Positions 14,910 to 27,767 of a DNA stretch of 64,000 bases are shown in pieces. A program made the translations under genes and the position numbers. The notes beneath the pieces are model-generated. The model ran no database searches and was not told the origin of the DNA. It saw only the letters and a program-made list of their open reading frames with translations. Every line of letters begins with the position of its first letter. Position 1 is the first letter of the stretch. Source of the DNA: Batkoa obscura (Eukaryota); contig JASVEC010000012.1 in the NCBI GenBank assembly GCA_030770535.1, positions 1,054,001-1,118,000 on the forward strand, read 5' to 3'.

Positions 14910-15464
14910 TCTTTAGTAAATTGAAGGTAAATGGTAAGATTGACGAGTGATTCAATTGCTATATATTATAACTGACAACTTACTTAGGTGATGGGTTCCT
15001 TCTTTTCAAGAAATTTACCCGAATTTATATATCTTTTAATAAGGTTATTTGATTAAAAAATTGGTCTGGTTTAAACCTCAACGGCTTTTATTAACTAAAT
15101 GCTCTTTAAGTTATCTAATGTAATCTACTCAAAAAGAGCAACTGGTCTGTTTTTAAAACTACTTATAGAACTGACATACTGAAATCTAACTTATTAAGTA
15201 TTGTTTTATAATAAATTGAAATTAGGGTTAATGTTAGCTTTAATGTTAATCATACTATTAGTGTTAACGCAATTATAACATTTGTGTTAGAGCTAACATT
15301 AGAGTTTGGTTAGTTTTATATTGTACTTTATATTAATAGTTTTTCAATATAAAGGTATTAAATGGATCATAGAAATAATTTAACATAACAGTATGCTCAT
15401 GTGATTCTAAGACAAAGCGTTTAATTAGCCAGATGTTTTATAAATAAAAGAGCTCTTTTTAGGA

Positions 15465-15569
15465 TATGGGGATGTATTTTTTTATTTAAAAATTTTACTA
15501 ACAATTTTTCTGTTCAAATAGCGCTTAAAAAATGGAAAAAGTGATGAAGCCAAAAAAAACACCCACATA
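15465..15569 (+). mobile_element. MITE family A, copy 6
   Basis: TATGGGGATGTATTTTTTT ... AAAAAAAACACCCACATA. Confidence 0.82.
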
Positions 15570-16023
15570 TAATAAATTTTTAAAGATTATGTCACATTTC
15601 AAACATTAAGAGTCACTCCAAAAATTATTACAGATACACTTTACAAAATAGTCTTTTAACTATACCATATTAAAATATCAATTCAATTATGAAAATAGTT
15701 GATTAGAACATAATTATGTAGAAAAGTTAACAGTTTATACTTGGAAAAACGACTTTTGATTTTGTTATTTTATTAAGTTTTATTGTGTTAATTTCTCTAT
15801 TGCTTTTCAGTCGCTGTTAGTCAAAATATAGCGTTTTGTTTTATTATACTTTAGTCACGATTTTATTATGTTCTTCTAGAGATTTTTTTGCTTAAATATA
15901 TTTCAAGAATATATACAAATAAAATCATAACTGATTCAATTTTACACTTTTTTAAAATAAAACTCAATATAAACCTTAATTATTTTATACGCTATAATAG
16001 CCTTTGTTACATGCATATACTTT

Positions 16024-16634
16024 TTACAATTTACTCTTGTCTTTATTACCATTTTTAAAAAATACTGTATGTCTTCCCAAAGCGATTATAACTTTTTTAT
16101 TATTTTTGTCCTGTCTAGATACTTCTACTGTTGTAAAAGCTAAATTATGTCCAAATTTCTCCACTTTTGATTCCTTTTAACTACTATTAATAATCCTCTT
16201 AATTTTTTACTTAATTTACCACTTTGACTTTCTCGCCCACTTTAGCACCAGCCAAATAACTTATATTAATATCCGTTGAAACCCCAAATCTCCCTTTAGG
16301 CAAAGTCATAACTGCATAGGCGCCACATACATCTATTAGATAAGCCAGGAATCCACCATGGAGACTTTGACCAAGATTCTTTAATAAAAAAGTTTAAAAA
16401 GTAATCAATAGATTAAATTTTGTAATTCTACCAAATGCTTTTTTTCAACAATAAACTCTTGAACAACACGTCCTTCTTCAGCTTCTATGGTTTGAAAATA
16501 CTTTAACAATATTAGTATGTACTAGTGTATTAGAGGCTGTATACCTTGGGTATTATAGTGCTTGAATAGCCACAATTTTCACGAAAGTGTTCTACCACGC
16601 TTTGTATTTTATTTACTATAGGATTTTCTGACAT
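16024..16634 (-). CDS. ACOT13/PaaI-like thioesterase, copy 5 (inverted); 4 exons; ends -SKL (PTS1)
   Basis: MSENPIVNKIQSVVEHFRENCGYSSTIIPK|YFQTIEAEEGRVVQEFIVEKKHL|NLGQSLHGGFLAYLID...|...ALGRHTVFFKNGNKDKSKL*. Not in the ORF track. Confidence 0.9.
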
Positions 16635-17768
16635 TGTATAATAAATTAAAAACGAAAACTTTGCAGATTGGTATTTATACTTAACCTATGGTTGAGTAAT
16701 TATCAAGAATAATTATTAAAGGACAATCGGAGCCAATAGCCTTGCGTTCTGAATTACCAATTGTCAAGATAACTATAAATCTTATTAATTTGGAAGGCTA
16801 ATTTTGCAATAATCCGCTTTGATTCACTAAAAGGCTTTTTGTTTTCAGAAATCAAAATATTGCTAATTATGGAGTATCTCAACGTTAGTATTACATTTAT
16901 TTACTCTTATCCTTCTCATATTATACTTCCGATTATAAATAATGAGACAAATCATACTAAAAAATATACATCTAACATTACAAAGTGATACATTTATTAA
17001 AATTTCATATCATTTAACTGTTTAAATTATAAACAATAAATTGCTAAAGTGAATATTAGTTCTTTATAAAGCAGGAGCTTGTGGGTTAAATCTGCGTCTT
17101 CAGTTTAATATGCTGCTCCTCATCTATCCTTCCTTGCCTTATGTATTTCATTCTTGACTTTTTAATTTATTTTAAAAAAAATGTCTGTGAGCTTATGGTA
17201 ATTTTGAATGGTTTATAAAAGAGATACTTGAAAGTTTTTAAAACACTAGATGTAATATTATTTGAGGTTTTTATATGTCAGATACATATAATTTGATATT
17301 AAGTCTTCTTTTAATAATATGCAATATAATTCAAAACATTGGTACATAGCCATTTGATGGTTTTGAGCTTACGTTAATATTGCAATATTGCATTAAGTGA
17401 TAGTTACGTTTACAAAATAAACACTATTACTGCCCTTATTTTCTATTTCGATTTAGATTAATCAAAACAAAGTGCTATTCCAATCTTTTTTTCTCGTTCA
17501 TACTACTTGAAAGCTTGGTCAAATGGAAATGTTATTACTATACTGTTAGGAACCTCTATATATTCCTTCACAATATTTCACGTTTACAAATTAGAATCTT
17601 CTAAAGCAAGGGATTAAAAATTAAGTAGTCCGGGTTTACAAATGTTCTTGCCTATTTAGTCAATAACATCCTATTGTTTTAACATTATGTTTATTAAACT
17701 TTATAAAATGTGATTGGTAGTGACTTATAAAAAATAAATTGGCTATTTTTCATTCATTCAGCTCTAGC

Positions 17769-19134
17769 ATGACTATAAGTTCGATTGTTTATCTGATATT
17801 TCTTAGAGAAAATTTTTAAATATTTAGATTCAATTGAGTTATTCAATTTATGTTTCCTAAATAAAGCATTATTTAAAATAATACCAGGTGCCATTAGATA
17901 TAACTTGACTTATTCAGCTTACGATAAAATTGAATATATAGGCTATCATGATTATCAGCAAAAGTTTATTAAGAAAAATGGTTTATCAATGGAACGTTTA
18001 AATTTATACAATGAGGGTTTTGAACGTTTAGAATATTGTCGAAATATTATGTTCATTTACTATGAAAATACAACAGAAGAATACATCAATAGCAATGACT
18101 TTAGTGATGATAATAATAACTACAGTGATAGTAACAATAACCACAATAACGACAACAGTGAAAGTAATAGTGATATCAAGAACGATATTGAACTAAAAGT
18201 AGAATTAATTGAATTAAAAAAATTAGTTATAGATCGTTTCAACTACAAAAACTCATTGAAATTACTTCAGTTTTATTTAAATCAACTCGAAGCCATTGAA
18301 GTAAGCATTGATAGTTGAATTATTACAGACACAATTTACTGTTTAAATCCGACCAAATTGAAATATTTGAAATGTATCGCCAATTTGATTTAAGTCTTAA
18401 TGGACTGGATATTATTGAAACAAAGTTTAATAAGTTGAAATCATTAAGTTTAAAATCAAATAGGAATCTTACTATTTCTAATACTAACTTTGATACTAAT
18501 TTTAGTTCCAGAGCAGAATTGAAATTAATCTACATTTTGATTTTGATATTAAATGTTTTGGGGATTTAGAGAAAGTCAAACGTATAGAAGTATTGAATTT
18601 ATATCCCTCTTATTTTGATAATCGGTTTGATAATTTGAAATCAATGAAAGATGGTAATATTATTGCATTAGATTACTTCAATTCCAACTTTTCGATTAAT
18701 GATAGTCTATTAAAGCTATCAACTTTAAAAGAGGTTTATTTTTATAAATTATCAATAGAAGGATCAAACTTAATTTCTTTATTACTGAATATTCAAAATA
18801 TTCACTTTTTTTATATAAATCATAATATAAAAAGTAGCTTAAATCTAAAGCAATCTTAATAATGGTGACCCCAGATTAATTAAATATAAACTTGTAAAGA
18901 TATTAAAATTGATCTTTTCATACTTCTTTTGAAGATTTCTTTTATTTCTTATTCTTCTTCCCAAATCTTGAAATGTTCAACATTAGAGACTTTGGATTAA
19001 TAAGAGTTGATAAAAATCTTGATTATATATTTACCACTCCGTTATTGTTAATTACACCTTTAACGTCTACTATGGATCAAGTTTTTTGCAAAAAGTTGGA
19101 AACTTTTCTTATGTTAGATTGGATGAAGCTTTAA
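17769..19134 (+). pseudogene. Frameshifted F-box/LRR (RNI-like) gene remnant
   Basis: N-terminal F-box-like KYLDSIELFNLCFLNK, then LRR-like pieces (KFNKLKSLSL, LSTLKEVYF, FPNLEMFNI) split over several frames with stops and no intron signals at the breaks. Confidence 0.55.
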
Positions 19135-19292
19135 TAAATCTTATTTTATTTATTAAATAGTTTATTAGTTGAATTATCGAAAATTCATACAGGGATATTT
19201 TTTTAAGATCTTATAATAAAATACTTAATTTATAATCCTTATTATTTTTTGTATAATAAAGTATGTATTTCATATTTAGATAATAATTTATA

Positions 19293-19397
19293 TACGGGGG
19301 TGTTTTTTTTGGCTTCATTATTTTTTCCATTTTTTAAGTGCTATTTGAGTGGAAACATTGTTAGTAAAATTCTTAAACACAAAAATACATCCCCATA
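19293..19397 (-). mobile_element. MITE family A, copy 7
   Basis: TACGGGGGTGTTTTTTTT ... AAAAATACATCCCCATA. Confidence 0.82.
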
Positions 19398-19571
19398 TCT
19401 AGTATCGTTATTTTCTAAAATCAAATGTTTTATCTATATCTTATGTTTTTCAAATATTTTTTGGTAATTTTTATATTTAAATATTAATTTTTATAATTAC
19501 AATATCTTTTATAAATGTTATAAACTGAATAAGTTAAATATATAAAATAGCTTTACTTACAGAATTTGACA

Positions 19572-19675
19572 TATGGGGGTGTTTTTTTTGATTTCATTAT
19601 TTTTTCTATCTTTTAAGCACTATTTAAGTGGAAAAATTGCTAGTAAAATTCTAAACAAAAAAATATATCCCCATA
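19572..19675 (-). mobile_element. MITE family A, copy 8
   Basis: TATGGGGGTGTTTTTTTT ... AAAAATATATCCCCATA. Confidence 0.82.
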
Positions 19676-20321
19676 CATTGCTTTTGAAATTATGATAGTA
19701 GAAATTATCATTATTATAAGCAGTTTAATTGTAAAAAAGACATTAAAGGATTATTGATAAATGAAAAAACTTTGTTATGGGCAAACTTTTTAGTTATAAC
19801 TTTTATTTATAATTGAGTATAATGTTATTTTGGAATTGAGTCTCGTATTATGAAAATGAAGTGAGAAGACTAAAGAATAATAGTGGGAATCACTTACGAT
19901 CATAATTTTACACACTATAATCTTAATTCTAAGATAAGGAAAGACCTAACATTTTGATATATTTTATTAATTAAAATTAACTATTAAATTGTGCCCACTC
20001 ATAAAATAGATGCCACCTAAATAGTAATTATTTTAACCCATACTAAAATGATGCCAATATCTTATAATATTGCGCCATATCATCAAAAATTGACTCATTA
20101 TTAAAAAAATGATGCCATCAAAAAAATCAATTGGGATTTTAGCTATATTTAGTAATTTTTAAGCTAAAAGTTCAATGCTTTTAAACTTTATTCAAAATTC
20201 TTAGCTAAATTATAGTAGTCACATAATAAAAAGGAATCATCAACCATTATAAAAACTCAAAAAATAGAAAACAAATTCAAATTTCAATTTTTGAAAGAAA
20301 GTACAAAGCTAACAATCTCAA

Positions 20322-22313
20322 ATGGTCGAACTCACATCCGCCAATCCAGAACTTCATAATAACCAATGGTTACAAAGTGATTTAAGTTTATGTTCACCAA
20401 TACCCCCAAACACACCCCATGCCGTTTCTGTATCATTACCGAAATGGAAAGATAATATAGATTATGAAGAAGGTAATCCTAGAGTAATGGATATTATGAA
20501 ATCTGGTTATCCTAGATTTTGTATTCATGAATCTGTGATGAAAGTAAGTTTTGTTTATTATCAATATTTAAGAGATTATAGTATTAATGATTTTGTTCTT
20601 TTATTCTAGTTAAATGAACAATTAGCTAAAAGAGTTGGTAGGGCAGACTCAACATGTTATTCTTTTCCATCCAAAAGAATAGTTGAAGAATGTAAAAAAT
20701 TTGTTATTCATCATTCTAATCAACAACAACAATTATTATTAAATTCATTAATAATAGCTGAATATCAAATTAGTTCTATTGATAATGATAAATTACCAGC
20801 AGTTACATTATATTTGATATTTTTTGATCAAATATTACAACCTTTAATAAAACAATTTTGGCAACATACAGGAGAAATTATAACTTCTAGATTAGCAGAA
20901 CATTGCTTAAATTGTTTGAAAATACCAACTTCTCCTAATAATACGAATGTAATAGCTAAAAAAAATCAACGATATAGGAAATATACTAAAGAAAATGCAA
21001 TTGAATTAGAAGTTGATGAAACTTTTGATCCTATATTTATTGAAGAAAGATATGGACGTAATTTATCTATTGAATTTGTTCATTTAGCCAAATTATCATT
21101 GAAAAAAAGAATTAAATTGGGAAATCAATTGAATAATGATTTAGTAAATGATATTGAGAAATTAAATGAAATCGAAGATGTATTTCTTTATCCTACTGGT
21201 ATGTCAGCTATTTATAATGCTCATAGGTTGGTATTAAATACTATTGGTGAGTTTAAAACTGTTTGTTTTGGGTAATATTTATTTTGTTTTATATTAATAT
21301 TAATATTAATATTAATTTATTAACATAGTTTCCCTTACACAGATACTTTAAAAATCCTTGAGAAATTTGGTACTGGTTGTTATTTCCTTGGTCATGGAGA
21401 TGATTCTGATATAAGATTATTAGAAAGTATTTTATTAAAAGAAAAAATATCAGCCTTATTTTGTGAATTCCCAGGAAATCCATTGCTGAAATCAGTAGAT
21501 TTATTGAAACTTAGACAATTAGCAGATAAATTTGGGTTTATTATTATAGTGGACGATACCCTTGGTAGTTTTATTAATATTAATGTGAGTGAAGTAGCGG
21601 ATATTATGGTATCTAGTTTAACAAAGATATTTTCGGGAGATAGTAATGTTATGGGAGGAAGGTAAATATAATAATAATCATAGTAAATAGTAATTAAATT
21701 AAGTATTATTTTATTTTATTTTAGTTTAGTAATATCATCTAAATCAAAGCATTATAATATATTAAAAGAAGGATTAAACCAATTATATGAAGATTTATTA
21801 TGGTATGAAGATATATTATTTTTAGAAAGAAATTCCAGAACGTTTGAAACTAGAGTTAAAAAAATTAATCAATCTACAGAAATTCTATGTGATTATTTAA
21901 AATCTCATTCATTAGGTAAAATATTAATATATAATAAATCAATTAATATTAACATATATTATTTAATAGTTCACCGAATTCATTATCCTAAATATACGAC
22001 CCCTTCTCATTACCAACAATTCAAAACATCTAACGGTAGTTATGGAAGTTTATTTTCAATTGAATTTAAAAATGAGTTGAATGCAATTACATTTTATGAT
22101 AATTTACTTACAGCAAAAGGTCCTTCATTAGGTACGAATTTTACTTTGGTTTGTCCTTATACTTTATTAGCTCATTATAATGAATTGGATTGGGCAAAAC
22201 AATTTGGTGTTAATTCTAATTTAGTTCGAGTAGCAGTAGGATTAGAAGATATTGATTGGTTAAAAGAAGCATTTAAAAGGGCTTTGAAATCGATTAAGGA
22301 TTCGGGTTCATAA
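20322..22313 (+). CDS. STR2: Cystathionine gamma-synthase (fungal Str2/met-7 type); 5 exons
   Basis: [49 protein letters not shown] lysine in [20 protein letters not shown]. Confidence 0.93.
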
Positions 22314-22545
22314 ATGAGGAGTTAGGTTATAAAAATGAAATTATTATGTTATCAATTGAACTTATTATTTATTATTCTTGTAATTATATTTAGAATTTAA
22401 TTTATTTTACATTTTCTTATGTTTATTTATTACAAATAGGAACTTAAACATCATACTTTAATTTAACTTTCTATAAAACTATTTTGACATATTTAAAATC
22501 AAATAAAAAGTTAAATTGCATCTACATTTATTTACTGTCAAAATA

Positions 22546-24251
22546 TCAAATATCCCCTGCCATTCTAGCTGCTTTAAACTTAGATACTTTCTTTGGTTTT
22601 CTAAAAACTTTAACCTCTTCACTCTTACCATTCTCTTTCTTCGGAGCTTCTTCATAAGTATCAAAGGTATATCTATTAATTTCTTTCTATAAAAAAATAA
22701 AAGTCAATATTAATTATTCTTAGTCAATCAAGGTTTAAATAAATATTTTTTTAACAATAATTACCTCTTCCCTTTCTTCTAAAGAAGTAGAAAACCCTCC
22801 TTGGCTAGCAATTAATTGATTTCTTCTTTCATGGTATAAAGTATTAATCTAAATAATAATAAAATAAATGATAAACAATAAACAATCAGCAAATCATTAT
22901 AAATAATCAACTAACTCTACTTACCATTTCAAACTCCAATGCCCCTTCCAATCTATCATAATCAATAATTTCTGGTGTCTCTTTCTCAATAACTTTCATT
23001 TTCATAGTTTGAGTATCTTTATTATTAGCACCTTTACCTTTAGTTATTGGTTTCTTTTTATCCCTTACATCTACAACAGCTACATTCTTATCTTCCCCAA
23101 TTTCTTCAATCTCTGAAGTATCTCTCATTAGCATATCAAAATAAGGATTTTTACGAAATTCTTCTGGTGTACGATAAGAGGACTCTTTGACTGTATTTGA
23201 AAAACTGACTTGTTTTTTATTCTTATTCTCTCCCTTTTCTTTTTTATTAATCCCTCCTTTTTGTTTCTTTCCTTTCTCTTTAATCTGATTACCAAGCTCA
23301 TAAACTTCCTCTTCATTATCCTCCATTTTCATTCCATCCATAGCATAATTCAAACCTTCTAAATAGTTATCATCCTCATCTTCTGATTCTTCACCTTCTC
23401 TATATTTTGGATAAGGTTTATATTCTTCTTCCGATTCTTCTTGATGTAAACCTCTTTTTTCTTCTTCCTCTAATTTATCTAAATACAATCGAATGGCTCT
23501 TTCTTCTTCAATTTCTTTTTGTGTTTTAACACGGTACCTTTCTGTTGCTTTTGATTTCGGTTTTGGGGCTGGTATATTTACTTCAATCACTAATTAAAAA
23601 TAATAATTGAATTAATGAATCTGAGTTTCATAAAAGTAATAAGTGGATAACTTACCATTTTCTTCTTCTTCAGAAGAATGATATTCTTCTCGGATTTCAA
23701 CTATTTTGTTACCATATTCATCATACTGTAAAATAATAAATCAATAAAAAATAAAAATAAAAATTTACTTAATTTTAAATTTAAAATAAATTTTACCTTT
23801 TGACTCTCTTCACCAAATAAATTATCAGCTAACTTAGCTTTGTTGTCTAATAATTGAATATCTGATTCTAAACTTTCTATTTGTGTTTTTATAATTGCTT
23901 TTCGTCGGGTGATGATTTGTTTACTTTGTTCACCACTTCTTAATGTAAACCAATTTTCACCTAATAATACCATATATTCATTAGTATTCACTAAAGTTCC
24001 TGGCATTAAAGCTAAGGGGCCTATAGGGACCTAGTTGATAGTTAATAAGTAAAAATAATAAAACTTAATAAATTTAATCCACTTACCATCACTTCATGTT
24101 TTAATTTTTTTGGCAAATCGATCAATAACTCATTAACTTTATCATATTCTTGTAATAAATTAGTTTGTGTGGATAATTCAAAATTAATTTCTTTTTTTTG
24201 ATTTTTTATTGATTCTAAAAATAATTGAGTTTTTGAGTTAAGTTCCTTCAT
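22546..24251 (-). CDS. BUD27: Unconventional prefoldin RPB5 interactor (Bud27/URI); multi-exon
   Basis: Alpha-prefoldin domain (HEVM|VPIGPLALMPGTLVNTNEYMVLLGENWF), acidic middle region and the C-terminal KKVSKFKAARM box. Confidence 0.85.
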
Positions 24252-24491
24252 TATTATTTCTATTTAATATACAAATACAATACAACTTGACTAAAAGTGT
24301 CAATTTTATCTATTTTTCAACCTATCGGTTTTTTTACCCATTAAGTTGCAATATTCGCAGAAAGGAGGGATGAGCTGAACGAAATTTGCAACCTTTGATA
24401 GCCACTTACGTTTTTCAAACTTTCGGTATCATTATCCCTTAAATTTAATTATACTTTTGTTGATAATTTAAACTCTTTTAACTTAATTAAA

Positions 24492-25666
24492 ATGGCTGAT
24501 GAAACAATCCCAATAAAACATACTGAAAATGAAGTTGAAGTTGAAGTTGAAGAAGATATTGATGATTTATTAGATGGTAAGTAAATTTCTTTCTTTCTTT
24601 TTTCTTATATTCACAACTCTCATTATCTTCTAAATTAACACCCTTACCCCTCTCCATATAGATGCTTTAGAGTCCTTTTCTAAAGTGAATATTGAAAAAA
24701 CATCCCAAAAAAATCCAGAACCTACTCTAGATTTTAATTTCGAAGAAGAATTTGCTAAAGAATTAAGTAAAGGTATGGAAGATTTATTAAAAAAAGCGAA
24801 TAATGGGGAAGATTTAGATGCTAGTATGGAAAATTTGATCAAATCAGCAACCTCAAAGAATTCATTTCAATCAACAATGGATCAGACAATGAATAAATTA
24901 AAAAATAGTAGCGAACAAGTGAAGGTAAGTTGAATGTTCGAGTTTTGTTTTTTTATAATGTATATTTAAAATCAATGAATATTAATTGATGTAATATTTT
25001 AGTCTGAAGTTAAAGAAGATAACATGGATTCATTTATGGAAGATTTGATGAGTCAAGTTGGAGATATGACGAATAGTGGCGATTTTGAAAAAACAATTGA
25101 AGGTTTAATTACTCAAATTATGAATAAAGATTTACTTTATGAACCAATGAAAGATTTAGTAGAAAAGGTAAATTAACTTTAATACACATTAATGCTTATA
25201 AAATTTAAAAAAGTTTTTTAATTGATTAATTTTTATTACTATTATAGTATCCAGAATGGTTAGAATTAAATAAAGATAAACTTAATAAAGAAGAATTGGA
25301 TAAATATCAAAAACAATATACTATTGTACAACAAGTTATTAAAGAGTTTGATTTACAAGAATTGGATGCGGAAGGTAATGTTAAATCTACACCAGAAAAT
25401 ACAAAGAGTCAAGTAAAGGTTATGGATTTAATGCAAGAGGTAAGGGATTAGACTTTTTATTTATTTGTTTTACTTGTTTTGTTTTTATAACAATTCAAAC
25501 TAATTAATTTTTTATATAATTTATTAATATTTTTATATTCTTTTAGATGCAAGAATTAGGCCAACCACCTGCTGAATTACTTAAAATGGTTTCTCCTGGA
25601 TTAGAAGTTGGTGAAGATGGTCAACCTAAATTACCTAAAGAATTAGAAGAATGTAATATTATGTAA
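24492..25666 (+). CDS. PEX19: Peroxisomal membrane protein import receptor Pex19; 5 exons
   Basis: EDIDDLLD|DALESF N-terminus, KDLLYEPMKDLVEK|YPEWL, MQE|MQELGQPPAEL and C-terminal CaaX CNIM*. Confidence 0.95.
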
Positions 25667-26029
25667 TCATAACGGATTACGTTATACTCTCTCTTCCTAC
25701 TTTTTTCTTTTAATATTAAAAAATTACTAATACTTCTTTGAATGATCATGCTATTTTATTATTATTTTTTATTGTTATGTTTAATAGTACTATTATTTAT
25801 ATTTAATGTATTGAGCTTTAAATAATGAATTTTTGTTTTAAGTAAATCATAAGTTTTTCTTTATTTATGAAGTTGTTTGTATTAGTTAATATTGCATATA
25901 TGACCAACACTATTTTTATATTAGACAATTAATTCAATACATGCGTAATCTTTAAAATCCCCGTAAAAAACCAAACAGACTGTATTAATGAAGCATGAAT
26001 TTTATTTAAATTGCCCAATATTCCCCAAT

Positions 26030-26538
26030 TTACTTTAACAATGGAAGTGAGTATTTGATTGACATCAACAAACTTAAAATATATCAATGAATCATTCAAT
26101 TTAATTAGTCTAAAAAAAATACTCTTACCTTAACACAGAGATCAATCCAGCTGGCATAAACTTACCACTATTCGAAAACCTTAAACCCATTACAACTAAT
26201 AAGATTAAACTTAAAGCTAAATAAAAAAATCATGTTAACACCAATACACCAACTTAAAAAAACAGTCATATAATTCTAATAAAATAAATTGATTGCTTAC
26301 CTAATGATAAATAAACATCATTTTGATTTTTAGAAACTCTATTAGCTGCATAAGCTAATAATCCACCAAACGTTAATCCCATAGAAAGGGAAGGTACACT
26401 ACCTAAGAATAGAGAATAATATCAGTAATCTGAGATAAATTTCAATGATTATTAAATCTTTCAGTTACCTGCTTTAATATAACCAATACTACCACCAATG
26501 GCAACGATAGCTGCATAAACATAACCTAGATAATCCAT
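26030..26538 (-). CDS. TMEM14-family small membrane protein; 4 exons
   Basis: [36 protein letters not shown]...MGLRFSNSGKFMPAGLISVLS is the TMEM14 signature. Not in the ORF track. Confidence 0.9.
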
Positions 26539-26980
26539 TTTCTTTGTTTTTTGAATTAGAGATTGATTGAAAACTTTAAATTTAGTGAAGTCACCTATTC
26601 AAAGGTTAAAACTGAGTAATATTATTTCAGCCAATAATGTTAACCTTACATGTTCGCTTTTTGATTAAAGTTTATAAACCTAAAATTTAAATAATATTAT
26701 CTAAATTTCATTAGTTTGATTAATTTGATTAATAATGTTTTTATTTCTTACTAATTAAAATCTAATCAATTAATCAATACAATAAAGTTTATACTATTTA
26801 TGCATAATTTTAGTTATTGATTTTGTTGTTTTAATAAAAAATGTATAAAACAATTAATTCAACAAAGTTTATACAATTTATATAATGCTATTTTAATTAT
26901 TAAATATAGTGTTTAAATAAAAATTAATATAAAAAGATGTCCAAAATTAGTTTTTTCTATGTAATTTTTAAATTTTAGAT

Positions 26981-27083
26981 TAGAGGATGTTTTTTTTGGT
27001 TTCATTACTTTTTCCATCTTTTAAGCACTATTTGAGCGGAAAGATTGTTAGTAAAATTCTTAAACAAAAAATACAACCCCATA
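26981..27083 (-). mobile_element. MITE family A, copy 9
   Basis: Same core; ends AAAAAATACAACCCCATA. Confidence 0.8.
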
Positions 27084-27767
27084 TATTGTTTTTTGTAAAT
27101 TTTTTTATAATTGCTAGCTTTTTAATAAAATTATAATATTAAATAAGATTAAAAACCTTTAAAAACTAAAAACCAGCTTAATCTTAAAACATTATTTAAT
27201 TTATAATATAAAAATAAAACTGTAGTAATATAAATAACTAATGATTATAAATAATTGTTAATTATAATATATGAAATCTAAAAATTTTATATAAATACGA
27301 CTAAATTATTAAGCATTAAAGCTTTTAAGCGGTATTAAAATATATATTATAAAGCTGTTTCTTTTTAATAGATAGAAAACTTTATTACATTTTTAATTAT
27401 GATGTTTAAATATTAATATGTAATTTTATTTAAATAAGAGTGGAGTTATACTAAATTAAAAGCTCATTTCAAATTCAATTTTTAAAAGTGAGAAATTAGT
27501 TAATTAAAAGTAAGATAAAGAAAAAACGACCAATTAGATATTTCGAGAAGATATTTAATTGGTCATTTACTTTCTACCTTAGATTTAATTGTTAATTCCT
27601 AACATTTTGAGAATTTAATTTTGAAACAAGCTTCCAATGTAATCAAGGTTATTCATAATTATTTTTTTAACAAATTGCTTCATTTTTATTCCGAATGATG
27701 TCAACAAATATGTTTTTAGTTCACTAAAAACAATTTTCGAGATTTTATTTCTTTCAATAAAATTAAA

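Noticed and set aside
19249..19467. 72-aa ORF
   Set aside because: Chance read-through of MITE copy 7.
6941..19675. MITE copies considered as a CRISPR array or SINE
   Set aside because: Dispersed, both orientations, irregular spacing, terminal inverted repeats, no cas genes and no A/B boxes or poly-A tail.
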